Notes: generated from the sequence alone by a model not told the origin. Shown: positions 21,388 to 30,323, counted from the stretch's first letter. The stretch is 64,000 nt of DNA from a virus (IMGVR_UViG_3300028888_000135:1006-65005), one strand, 5' to 3'. Numbers and translations: made by a program.

Positions 21388-21909
21388 CTATAATCTAGTT
21401 AATATTAAAGTTTCATTAGAAACTGTATCTTCACAATTAATTTTATTATTCCATTTAGTGCGTTCTGCCGCAGTTATATGAACCGTAGTATTGCTAATAT
21501 GGCTTAATAAGTCTTCTGCAATATCATCACCAACAAATGGTAAATCTATACCATAAGCTAAACCATCGCCTATTTTAATTCCTGGCACAGTAGTATTATC
21601 ATTTAAAGTTTCTTTATCTGTATAGATAAGAATATTTCCTTCATTTGGAATATAATTTAATCTAGCTTGCCATTCAACAGTGCTACCAATTTCTATTTTC
21701 ATTCCATTTAAGGTAGCGGCATCAATAAATGGTAAATTGTTAACTGTTATTCCGCCATGTCCTACCTTTAAACGAGAAAAAGGGTGAGTGTCATCAGGAG
21801 AATAAATGATGACCTCACCCTCTTTTGGAGCAAAGTTAATTGCTTTTTCCCAATTGGCTTCAGTATCATTTTTCAACTGAATTCTCGTTTTTACGGTATT
21901 TACTGCCAT
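21388..21909 (-). CDS. Protein with Mtd-N/hyaluronidase-type fibre N-terminal domain
   Basis: TRIQLKNDTEANW...PKEGEV...RLKVG.G; second GIKIGDG...LPF copy. Confidence 0.65.
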   Translation of the reverse strand: MAVNTVKTRIQLKNDTEANWEKAINFAPKEGEVIIYSPDDTHPFSRLKVGHGGITVNNLPFIDAATLNGMKIEIGSTVEWQARLNYIPNEGNILIYTDKETLNDNTTVPGIKIGDGLAYGIDLPFVGDDIAEDLLSHISNTTVHITAAERTKWNNKINCEDTVSNETLILTRL

Positions 21910-21932
21910 AAAATCACCTACTTGGCATCATT

Positions 21933-22775
21933 TCAGCCAATTATTTTATTTATTGTTTTTGGACCGCATATTCCATCTGCGGTTAACCCATGATCTTTTT
22001 GAAAGGCTTTTAGTGCTTTCTCTGTATTATCATCAAAAAATCCGTCTTTTCTGCCGCATAAATAACCAAAACTATTTAATAATAGTTGTAGTTCTGCAAC
22101 CGCTTTATTATTATCATTTTTTCTTAAAGTATTTCCTTTTAGGTAAAAAATACTGCGCTTTAGTGGCGGTTCTATTCGTAAACCATTATGAATAAACCAC
22201 TCTAAATCTTTTTCTCCATATAAAATATTTAAATCTACACGAGTAGGAATACCATCTATATGTCCCATACTTGTATATTGCCAAATATCACAAGGATATT
22301 TCGGCGCATAATTTTTATCTACTTCTCCAGTATTTTTTCCATATCGTGGTATCCATATAAAATCAAAATAATCTTTTATGTCTCTTATATAAGAGTAGCG
22401 ACTTTGACCTATATATAATCCAACTTTTTTCGCTCCTAAAAATCTTAATGTATCTAAAATAGTCTTACAAACTACTTTTGTAGTTTTAGAAGTTTGTGTT
22501 TCATATTCTATATCAGGGCAGAAAAATAAGGGCTCTAATCCTTCTTGGGTTGCACATTCATAGAAAAATTTAGCTTCTTTTTCCGCTTCTTCCGCTGTTC
22601 CCGCTTTAAAATAATGATACACACCAAAAGGTAAACCGCAATTCATAGCATTAAAAATATATTTATTATCTTGTTTATTTCCTACGCTAGAACGAAGAAT
22701 AACAAAATCTAATTCTTTTCTTGCCTTTCCCCAATCTATGTTTCCTTGATAGGTACTAATATCAGCTATTTTCAT
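21933..22775 (-). CDS. Endolysin: GH25 muramidase + PG_binding_1 domain
   Basis: IADISTYQGNIDW, GVYHYF, DIE, WQYTS.G.IDGI..RVDLN; C-terminal LQ..L...GY..DG.F...T..A...FQ...GL..DGI.GP.T. Confidence 0.9.
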   Translation of the reverse strand: MKIADISTYQGNIDWGKARKELDFVILRSSVGNKQDNKYIFNAMNCGLPFGVYHYFKAGTAEEAEKEAKFFYECATQEGLEPLFFCPDIEYETQTSKTTKVVCKTILDTLRFLGAKKVGLYIGQSRYSYIRDIKDYFDFIWIPRYGKNTGEVDKNYAPKYPCDIWQYTSMGHIDGIPTRVDLNILYGEKDLEWFIHNGLRIEPPLKRSIFYLKGNTLRKNDNNKAVAELQLLLNSFGYLCGRKDGFFDDNTEKALKAFQKDHGLTADGICGPKTINKIIG

Positions 22776-22797
22776 CTTATTCCCTCCTAAAAAGAAA

Positions 22798-22821
22798 AAG
22801 GCGGGTTTAAAAACCCGCCTT
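22798..22821 (-). terminator. Intrinsic terminator
   Basis: AAGGCGGGTTT/AAACCCGCCTT inverted repeat followed by a U-tract on the minus strand. Confidence 0.7.
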
Positions 22822-23743
22822 ACTTATAGAAAATAAAATAACGTTTACATTGTGCTTTCATAAGATTCTTTTTTGCTTTTGCTCTTGCTGCAGACGCAGA
22901 AGCTGGGTCGTTAACATATACATATGTTTCATCTGCCCACCACCAGCAAATAAAGTGCCCACCTTTAGTCCAAAGGCCAGGACGCATACTACATACTACA
23001 TAAGCTCCATCTTTAATAGCTGCTTCTGCTGTAGCGTATGAGGTTGTTTCTACGTATTTACTTGCTCCATATTTTTGGGCACAATACTTAAAAAATCCCC
23101 AAGAAGTGCCAGCGTTTTGTGTGCGGTATCCTTGTTTAACGGCGAGTGCTGCTAAGGTTTTTGGTGTAACAGAGCTATCCCACCAAGTAGCAACAATATC
23201 TGCCATACTAGTAGGGCCGCATCCAGAACTCTTAATCGTTTGTTTTTTATTATATGTATTATTTCTAGTATATACAACAGAACCCCATCTACTATCATAC
23301 TGTTTAAAATTTTTAGGTTGAATATTCTTTTTTCCTGGGGTATTAGATGTAGAAGTGGAAATAGTTTTGGTTCCAGTAAAGGCTTCTAACCACGTAGAAG
23401 GACCAACTATTCCATCTACTATTTGTCCCATAGTTGATTGGTATGCTCTAGTAGATGACTTTGTTTTTGCTCCAAAAACTCCATCTGCAGAAATACCTAA
23501 AAATAATTGCCACATTTTAACATATTTATTTTTATCACCTTGACGTAAGGTTGGTAAACTCTTTGCTAATAAACCCCAATCGGTTTCTGTCATTTCTCCA
23601 TTAGGAACCTGTCCGAGTTTTTCCTTCCATTTATTTAGAGCCGCGGCGGTTTCTGAACCAAAAATACCGTCCACAGTAACATCTAAATAAGTTTGGAGGA
23701 TTTTAACTTCGGTTCCTTTACTTTTATTCTTTAGTGTCTGCAT
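22820..23743 (-). CDS. Peptidoglycan-binding + C39-like peptidase protein (putative lysin)
   Basis: Two PG_binding-like repeats (VDGIFG, VDGIVGPSTW); KQYDSRWG...IKSSGCGPTSMA...GGHF...VNDP. Confidence 0.8.
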   Translation of the reverse strand: MQTLKNKSKGTEVKILQTYLDVTVDGIFGSETAAALNKWKEKLGQVPNGEMTETDWGLLAKSLPTLRQGDKNKYVKMWQLFLGISADGVFGAKTKSSTRAYQSTMGQIVDGIVGPSTWLEAFTGTKTISTSTSNTPGKKNIQPKNFKQYDSRWGSVVYTRNNTYNKKQTIKSSGCGPTSMADIVATWWDSSVTPKTLAALAVKQGYRTQNAGTSWGFFKYCAQKYGASKYVETTSYATAEAAIKDGAYVVCSMRPGLWTKGGHFICWWWADETYVYVNDPASASAARAKAKKNLMKAQCKRYFIFYK

Positions 23744-23864
23744 TGCTACTGTCCTCCATTAAAACCAGTTGTCCTTTATCATTTTTAATCCAAATTTCGT
23801 CTTGACAATCAAAAATCTCATGAATATTTGCTTCTGTAGCAACTCCAAAATTAAATAATGCCAT
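23724..23864 (-). CDS. Small hypothetical protein (46 aa)
   Basis: ATG at 23864 with GGAGG-type RBS; stop overlaps the next start. Confidence 0.5.
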   Translation of the reverse strand: MALFNFGVATEANIHEIFDCQDEIWIKNDKGQLVLMEDSSNADTKE

Positions 23865-23884
23865 AGTTAAAACCCTCCTTTTTC

Positions 23885-25507
23885 TCAGTCTACCAAGATT
23901 GAAGCAGAACCACAATCTAAAACTAAATATTTTTGACTTCCTGTTGTTGTTGTATTACTACCTTCGGTAACATCATATATACTACCAGTTTTAGCAATTT
24001 TTGCTAAAGTAACTTCTGTATGGCCAGAAAGCTCGCCATCAGTTTGAGTAATGCCAGTTAAAACACTATAAACATCACCATTTGCGGCAGTAGCAGATTG
24101 AGAAGAATCTAAATCAGTTACTAGTCCACTTGCATAAGCTTTGACCGCGGCAACCGTTGGCAACTTAGCATCATCAGCTGTCCCAGAAGCAGGAATTGAA
24201 GTGCTAACATCTTTATATGCTGCGGTATCTAATCCATGTACTTTTACTTGAGAAGCAGTACCACCGAGTGGTGTAACTGAAAATTCACCATTTACAGAGC
24301 CTTCAGCAAATGTATAAGTTGTATCTGTTACTGTTTCTGTAGCAGTAGCTACACCAGTAATGTGACCAAATTTATCAGTAGTAATTGTTTGGATATATGT
24401 GCGGCCGCCTGCTGTGCCTTTAGTGCTTGCGGTAGCTCCAGAAGGAACCGCGTGACTAATTGTTTGATTAGAACTAATTGCACCACCGCCAGTTAATCCA
24501 TCAGTACCAGTTACTGTAGTGGTTTTTAAAGCGTAAGAGCCTTCATCGCCCAATTCGCGCCAACTGGCGCCATCATAAACATATTCTGAATTACCATAAG
24601 TAACAACATCACCAGCATTATAAGTTCCTGTTGGAGTCGTCTGTGTTGGGTCAGCTTCAACTTCACCTTGATAATGCATTGCTCCACTTAAACCAGCAAC
24701 TGCATCATGAACAAATGCTGTGGTAGCAATTTGTGTGGTATTTGTACCAGCTGCAGCTGTGGGAGCTGTAGGAGTACCAGTCAAATCCGGAGAATTGATT
24801 GGCGCTTTTGTGGCTAAATCTGTAGTTAAATTTGTAACTTGAGATTCAGCGATAGCAATATCACTAAAGGTGGCAGTAATTTTACCATCTACTTCATCAA
24901 AAGCAGTGATAGTTTTTGCTGCTCCAGGGGTTCCTGTAAGGGTATCAGTTAATCCACTAATAGCATTTGTTACAGTGCTTTGAGTAGCAACTTTATTTGT
25001 AGAAGCGTCATAAGTGCCATCAAACTCTAAAGCATTCTGCACGCTTGATAGATCAATAGTGCTAACTGTCGTATAAGTACTATCATTAGTTCCTTTTGCT
25101 TTAGATTGCAAGAAATATTTACCTGCGTCTTCACCAGTGCCTTCCTGAATTCTATATTGAGTATCAGTATCTTGAATTTGTCCAGCAATATAACTATCTA
25201 TATTTTCAATTTCTGATGCTGTATAAGTGGGTTTTGTAGCGGCTTTTGCCCAACTATAAACATCGCCAGCTATTGCTTGAATCCAAGGTAAAACAGAAAA
25301 AGTATGTCCCGCAACTCCATCACCAATTTTAATACCTATAGCTGGTGGATTATTTGATAATGTATTGCCGTCTGGACTTGCGGTAGCCCCAGTAGGTATT
25401 TCAGCAATACAAACTTCACCCTTCATTGGAACAAATGTGCTAGACATCCAATGAGCTAAAGTATCATATTTTAATTGAATTCTAGTTTGAATTGTATTAA
25501 TAGGCAT
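23885..25507 (-). CDS. Tail fibre protein with Mtd-N-type N-terminus
   Basis: TRIQLKYDT...KGEVCI...IKIGDG; INSP.LTGTPTAPTAAAGTNTTQIATTAFV fibre motif. Confidence 0.8.
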   Translation of the reverse strand: MPINTIQTRIQLKYDTLAHWMSSTFVPMKGEVCIAEIPTGATASPDGNTLSNNPPAIGIKIGDGVAGHTFSVLPWIQAIAGDVYSWAKAATKPTYTASEIENIDSYIAGQIQDTDTQYRIQEGTGEDAGKYFLQSKAKGTNDSTYTTVSTIDLSSVQNALEFDGTYDASTNKVATQSTVTNAISGLTDTLTGTPGAAKTITAFDEVDGKITATFSDIAIAESQVTNLTTDLATKAPINSPDLTGTPTAPTAAAGTNTTQIATTAFVHDAVAGLSGAMHYQGEVEADPTQTTPTGTYNAGDVVTYGNSEYVYDGASWRELGDEGSYALKTTTVTGTDGLTGGGAISSNQTISHAVPSGATASTKGTAGGRTYIQTITTDKFGHITGVATATETVTDTTYTFAEGSVNGEFSVTPLGGTASQVKVHGLDTAAYKDVSTSIPASGTADDAKLPTVAAVKAYASGLVTDLDSSQSATAANGDVYSVLTGITQTDGELSGHTEVTLAKIAKTGSIYDVTEGSNTTTTGSQKYLVLDCGSASILVD

Positions 25508-25520
25508 TGCTTACACCCCC

Positions 25521-26462
25521 TTATGCTGTACCGCCATTAAGAATAAATTCATCACCATTTGGAACATATAATTTTGTAGTTGAAACACGATTAAGTGACA
25601 TAATACCAGTGACAGAATCAACAGAAACACTATTATCAGCGTTGCTAGAATATACACCACCTAAAACTGAAGTGGTTGCGATATTTAATTTTCCAACTTC
25701 ATTCGCAGCAACACCACTATCAACTAGGCTACCATCCGCGGCAACACTTACTAAATTGCCTGCGGCTTGAACTGTTGGTTTTTGAACATAATTTGTTAAA
25801 TCAACTGATGTGTCACCAATTTGAGTAAGTGTTCCATCAATTAGAATATACTCTTTATATTTATCTGCTCCAGTAACAGTATCATCTTTTATCATGTATA
25901 TGGTATTAGATTCAATACCAACTGAAGGTAAAGTCGTAACTATGCGACGCTTTAAATGATCTACATTAGCAATTGCACTTGCTATTGTAGTATCAACATA
26001 ATTTTTAGTAGAAGCCTCACTGTTGGTTAGTGGATCGCGAGCAAGAGTAACTAAAATGCCGTCTAAAGTACCCTGCATAGGGTTATAAGTGGCTTTTGGA
26101 CGCACCCAGCGAGCAACGCCATTCTTTACTTCTAATTCTACCTTAGCAGGCCATTTTGTTAAATCTGTTTCATTAACTTGAACTTCTTCAAAATTATTTT
26201 CATCATAATACCAATAACTTTTACCATAGTCTGCAACTGTGATTTTATTATCAACTAATGTAGTTAATGCGCCATCTACATCATTATGTGTATTAATATA
26301 GTCTAATTCATTAAAATTAGTAACCCCATCACCGACTTTAACCAAACCAGTATCTATTTCAATACCAACCTCACCACGAGCTAATTTAGGATTTTTAGTT
26401 GCCCATGTTGCGGCAGAATCATTACGAATAATAAGGGTCGCTCTTACATTATTTTGTGCCAT
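25521..26462 (-). CDS. Tail fibre protein with Mtd-N-type N-terminus
   Basis: IRNDSAATWATKNPKLARGEVGIEIDTGLVKVGDGVT.FNEL.Y. Confidence 0.75.
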   Translation of the reverse strand: MAQNNVRATLIIRNDSAATWATKNPKLARGEVGIEIDTGLVKVGDGVTNFNELDYINTHNDVDGALTTLVDNKITVADYGKSYWYYDENNFEEVQVNETDLTKWPAKVELEVKNGVARWVRPKATYNPMQGTLDGILVTLARDPLTNSEASTKNYVDTTIASAIANVDHLKRRIVTTLPSVGIESNTIYMIKDDTVTGADKYKEYILIDGTLTQIGDTSVDLTNYVQKPTVQAAGNLVSVAADGSLVDSGVAANEVGKLNIATTSVLGGVYSSNADNSVSVDSVTGIMSLNRVSTTKLYVPNGDEFILNGGTA

Positions 26463-26839
26463 TATGCTTCACCCCCATTTATAGTAGTATTAGCAATAAG
26501 CATAGCATTAACTGGAATATATTCATTATTCCAATAATAAAGTATTTTTTCATCTAAATCAAAATATAACTTTGTTTCTTCACCAACTTCAGGAAAATCT
26601 ATAAAATTAGCAAATATAATCGGACGATTTTCAAGAAAAGCACCAAAGTTATTTATAAAAAATTGTTCATTTCCAGTAAAGCCACTTTGCTTTGCTACAA
26701 TATAAAGTTGATGGCCTAATGAACTTATTGCCATATTTTCCCAGGGATATACCATACTTAAACCCGCGGTGCGGGGTTTAAGCGTAGGAATATCATATTC
26801 AAGAAGTAAATCTCTTGTACGCCATCTTTCTTTACACAT
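26462..26839 (-). CDS. Hypothetical tail-module protein
   Basis: ORF track; translational coupling with neighbours. Confidence 0.55.
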   Translation of the reverse strand: MCKERWRTRDLLLEYDIPTLKPRTAGLSMVYPWENMAISSLGHQLYIVAKQSGFTGNEQFFINNFGAFLENRPIIFANFIDFPEVGEETKLYFDLDEKILYYWNNEYIPVNAMLIANTTINGGEA

Positions 26840-27194
26840 TTTGTGTCACTTCCTTTATTTCACAAATTGGAAGAGAGAAGGCCGCGTAATAAGAGTTTAT
26901 TTCTTCTCCATTAATGAGTAGACCATCTTCATCGTATTGTGGACTTTTATAAATTTTAATATCCCAAAGATATTTTTTACATTCTAAATTTACCGTATCT
27001 ATATGTTCAAAAGATATAGTAATTGTATCATTTGTTGCAGGAACAATTTTTTCAAATACAGTAGAATGTATCAATGGATCATAAATAGAAAATACCGCTA
27101 CATCTCCTTCCCCCACCGTTCCTAATGTAGGAATAGTAAAAGAACCGGTGTCACCGCGAGGAATGATTAAACGACGTTGAATTAGCCTAATCAT
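26832..27194 (-). CDS. BppU-N-like baseplate protein
   Basis: LIIPRGDTGSF...F.IYD...DTVNL...Y.WDIKI pattern. Confidence 0.5.
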   Translation of the reverse strand: MIRLIQRRLIIPRGDTGSFTIPTLGTVGEGDVAVFSIYDPLIHSTVFEKIVPATNDTITISFEHIDTVNLECKKYLWDIKIYKSPQYDEDGLLINGEEINSYYAAFSLPICEIKEVTQNV

Positions 27195-27210
27195 TAATCA
27201 TCACCTACTT

Positions 27211-28074
27211 TTAACGATAATATCTATAATCATTTCCGCGTCTGTTATAACGTGGATAGTATCCAAACTCTTCTTCATCTTCATCTTCATCGTCATCATT
27301 GAAATTGTAATTAGCATAATTACCTTCGCCACGACGACGGAATTGAGAGTTCTTTTCATTCATTGTACGAATCTTGTCAGCATAATGACGTTTTAGTTCA
27401 TCTTGCTGTTGTAAAATATAGGCCATATCATAACCAGTGCTTTCAAGATTCATCATCTTATTTTCAGCAGTTGCAATTTCTTTTTCTACATGCTCAATTA
27501 GATGGTCTAATTTGCGGGCGGCCTCGCGCTCATTCATTTGCTCTAAACGCTGTGCCATTTGAGATAGATACTGGCGAGTTTCTTTCTCATATTCAATCCA
27601 CTTTTTAAAGCCATCTTTAACCGCATTGCGCTTGGTGCCCTGGTCTACATCATAGCGAGTGTAATTATACCAAGTGGTAGGAATAACATTATTAGCATAA
27701 TTTTTACCAACATTGGCCATGCTGGTCATACCATTGGTATTATTGTTCATATTATTGTTATTCATACCATTTTGATTATTATTATTTTGATTATTATTTT
27801 GATTATTATTGGCCATATTAGCCATATTAGATAACATGCCACTTACCATATATGTGGGCTGTACTAGCTGATTGTATTCTTTCATATACATATCTTTTGC
27901 TTTACGATACGTAAGTAGTTCGCAAAGCATTTGATACTCATGGCACTTCTGATAACCAGGTAGGTTTAAGAAAGCATAATAATCAGCAAGTTGTTCGTGC
28001 ATCTCCACACCCTGCTTCATTCTATTAATTAGTTCGGAGTAGAGAGTCTGTAGTTCTTGATTATTCTGAGCCAT
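27211..28074 (-). CDS. Ferritin-like four-helix-bundle protein with Asn/Gln/Met-rich insertion
   Basis: Helical E/H pattern (GVEMHEQ, CHEY..LCE, WIEYEKET, HVEKE); low-complexity NNNQ run at about residues 80-120. Confidence 0.55.
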   Translation of the reverse strand: MAQNNQELQTLYSELINRMKQGVEMHEQLADYYAFLNLPGYQKCHEYQMLCELLTYRKAKDMYMKEYNQLVQPTYMVSGMLSNMANMANNNQNNNQNNNNQNGMNNNNMNNNTNGMTSMANVGKNYANNVIPTTWYNYTRYDVDQGTKRNAVKDGFKKWIEYEKETRQYLSQMAQRLEQMNEREAARKLDHLIEHVEKEIATAENKMMNLESTGYDMAYILQQQDELKRHYADKIRTMNEKNSQFRRRGEGNYANYNFNDDDEDEDEEEFGYYPRYNRRGNDYRYYR

Positions 28075-28088
28075 AACTCATCCCTCCA

Positions 28089-28502
28089 TTAAATTAATTT
28101 AGAAACTATTATATTGATATGTGCATCTGTCGCCTCAACTGTGCTAGGATTAAGTACACCGATAGTTACTGCCGCAGAAGTCCAATTACAAGGACAATCA
28201 CTTTCTTCTACTACAACAAGAGCTTCAAAGGCACCATTAGCAGAACCCGCGGCCGCAAGAGTAGTTGTGCTGATAGCTTGTGGTAGCGGTACACCATTAC
28301 TGGTTAGCTGGATAGAATAATCTCCTGCATCAGCTAAAGTAGCAAAGCCATCCACATGAACATTATAAATACCACGTTTTGTTAGGGCAATTCCGCCTGC
28401 ACCCGCTGCTACAGCTGTATTACCTTTTAGAAAAACAACGTTATTTAAAGGATAAGTACTATTCGCGGCGACAGTTACGCCATCACTATAAGCTTGAATC
28501 AT
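28089..28502 (-). CDS. Beta-sandwich protein of the five-gene cassette (137 aa)
   Basis: ATG at 28502 with GGAGG RBS; beta-strand pattern (GIYNVHVDG); CPCN motif. Confidence 0.65.
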   Translation of the reverse strand: MIQAYSDGVTVAANSTYPLNNVVFLKGNTAVAAGAGGIALTKRGIYNVHVDGFATLADAGDYSIQLTSNGVPLPQAISTTTLAAAGSANGAFEALVVVEESDCPCNWTSAAVTIGVLNPSTVEATDAHINIIVSKLI

Positions 28503-28520
28503 TTTAATTCCTCCTATAAT

Positions 28521-28554
28521 AAAAAAGAGGCACCTGTCCGAAAACAAGTGCCTC
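28521..28554 (-). terminator. Intrinsic terminator / stabilising hairpin with UUCG loop
   Basis: Minus strand GAGGCACTTGT-TTTCGG-ACAGGTGCCTC followed by TTTTTT. Confidence 0.75.
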
Positions 28555-28591
28555 ATTAAACTAGACACACTAAATGTGTTCGGTGTTTAAA

Positions 28592-29298
28592 TTACATGTT
28601 AAATCCATTGCAGCCGCAACCATTGTTGTTGCAGAAAGGATTATTGCCGGCATTATAGGTCCAGCCGGAAGGATAACGAACTACGCCGTTTAGAGCATTC
28701 TGTAGCTGTAGAGCATCAATCTGATTCTGCATATCAGCCATACGATTACCAGTAATAGCATCAATAATCTTCTGGACGCCAGCATTAGTAGTCTGGTTGA
28801 TAGAAGCGGTATTCATAGCATTCTCATAACGAGCCTGGGCGATGCCAGCATTAATGCCATTGAATCCTTCCATCATTGCCATACGAGTATCACAGCAGCA
28901 CTGATTCTGGTTAGCTAGTAGAGTCATTTGATTGGTGCGAATGTCACCAATTTGAGCGGTTAAAGCAGCCTGAATGTCTTTAGCTACATTAATATTGTCA
29001 TACTTTGCCTGGTTAGTAGCGGCTACAGCTTGAGCAGCACTGTTAGTAACAGCATTCATTAGATCACGATTTTGGTCTTGTAGGTCATTAAAGTTGAAAC
29101 CATTTTGTACGAAATCTTGTGTAGCATACTGTGGATGATAGCCATTGCCACCAAACCACCGTTGCCCCAGCCGCCCATTAGGGCAATAATTGCGAATAGC
29201 CAAATCATGCTACCCCAGCCTCCTTCCATACCCCAGCCATTATTATTGCCGGTTAGTAGAGCAACATCAGAAGCAGTTAGTCCTTCATTACCATTCAT
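28592..29298 (-). pseudogene. Gly-rich/TM + coiled-coil QCCC protein interrupted by a 1-nt frameshift (235 aa if repaired)
   Basis: The MNGNEG...GGWGNGG frame and the FGGNGY...NQCCCDTR...GCGCN frame join if the T3 run at 29153-29155 (minus strand) is T4. Confidence 0.75.
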
Positions 29299-29332
29299 AA
29301 GGGACACCTCTCTAATTTTATTATATATAATA

Positions 29333-29392
29333 AAAAATCCGCCAAAGCGGATTTTTGGCATAATAAAAGAGCCAGTAATAAATTACTGACTC
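29333..29392 (-). terminator. Two adjacent hairpins between cassette genes 2 and 3
   Basis: GAGTCAGTAAT/ATTACTGGCTC + TTTTA at 29365-29392; AAAAATCCGC/GCGGATTTTT at 29333-29356. Confidence 0.65.
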
Positions 29393-29670
29393 ATTAATTC
29401 ACGCATAAATTCTGCGGGATCAACACCTTTTTGTTTTGCTAATGACATAAAAGCTGTTTGAAGATTTCCTCCATTTTGTTTGATTAACTCTAATGCTGGT
29501 TTAACATTAGGGTTATTCATAAGCATTTGATTCATCATAGCTTGTGGATTTCTTAAACTCATTAGCTGTTGTAGTGCTTGTTTAGCCTGCTGTATTTGAG
29601 GTTTCGTCAAATTGTTCATTGCGGGTATTTGACTTCCGCTGTTTATTTGCTCCATTATAGGATTTGGCAT
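29383..29670 (-). CDS. Met/Gln/Asn-rich helical protein (cassette gene 2)
   Basis: MPNPIMEQ...NPQAMMNQML...AKQKGVDP. Confidence 0.7.
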   Translation of the reverse strand: MPNPIMEQINSGSQIPAMNNLTKPQIQQAKQALQQLMSLRNPQAMMNQMLMNNPNVKPALELIKQNGGNLQTAFMSLAKQKGVDPAEFMRELMSQ

Positions 29671-30016
29671 ACATCTTTTCCTCCAATGCTGCTAGTCGTT
29701 GTTCAAGAGAATTTAAATCAACTGGCGGGGCTGGTTGAAATGGCGTAATGGTATATGGGGTTATTGTTTTGTAACCCGCGCCATCTGTCTGTACAAACCA
29801 GACCAGAGGATCATTTTCATCTAATAATAGAACTTTACTGTTAGGCGCCATTTGAAAAGCGTCTGCACCATTTTGGCCCTTAACCTTAATGATGTCATAA
29901 TGAGGAAAACTATTTACACTCATACGAGATAAATAATCTTGTTGTGACATAGTATTCATTCCACTCATCATGCCCATTAGGTTATTATTATTCATCATAC
30001 CATTATAACTATTCAT
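29582..30016 (-). CDS. Cassette gene 1; Met/Asn-rich N-terminus and a small beta domain
   Basis: GGAGG RBS; V.G..GA.AFQMAPNS..LLLD..DP.VWF..TD.AG motif. Confidence 0.7.
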   Translation of the reverse strand: MNSYNGMMNNNNLMGMMSGMNTMSQQDYLSRMSVNSFPHYDIIKVKGQNGADAFQMAPNSKVLLLDENDPLVWFVQTDGAGYKTITPYTITPFQPAPPVDLNSLEQRLAALEEKMYAKSYNGANKQRKSNTRNEQFDETSNTAG

Positions 30017-30101
30017 ATGTGGTCCTCCGAATATAAATATCCTTCATTGAAAGTGTATGAGAATTAGAAAGTAATCAGCCCGTTTTCTTCTTACTATAAA
30101 T

Positions 30102-30130
30102 AAAAAAGAGTAAGGTCAAACCTTACTCTT
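30102..30130 (-). terminator. Intrinsic terminator ending the 30.1-30.7 kb unit
   Basis: AAGAGTAAGG/CCTTACTCTT 10-bp stem + U6. Confidence 0.75.
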
Positions 30131-30323
30131 CTTCACTATACTTGCGGCCGCAAGATGGACAATAACTACATACTCGCATGTTATTTGCCGCATCTAAAAA
30201 GAATAGTTCCTTTTCCTTCTTTCTCTTTTTGTCCCAGCAAAAACCACAACCAAATTCTTCTTCAATCTTTACTGGGGTCGGTTCTTGTGAAGCCTTATAA
30301 GATTCTTCGTCGTAAAATTTCAT
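30123..30323 (-). CDS. Small zinc-ribbon protein
   Basis: CGFC...CPSCG. Confidence 0.6.
   Translation of the reverse strand: MKFYDEESYKASQEPTPVKIEEEFGCGFCWDKKRKKEKELFFLDAANNMRVCSYCPSCGRKYSEEE

Noticed and set aside
29140-29165. Canonical programmed -1 ribosomal frameshift
   Set aside because: There is no X XXY YYZ heptamer or evident downstream stimulator. Kept only as an indel observation.
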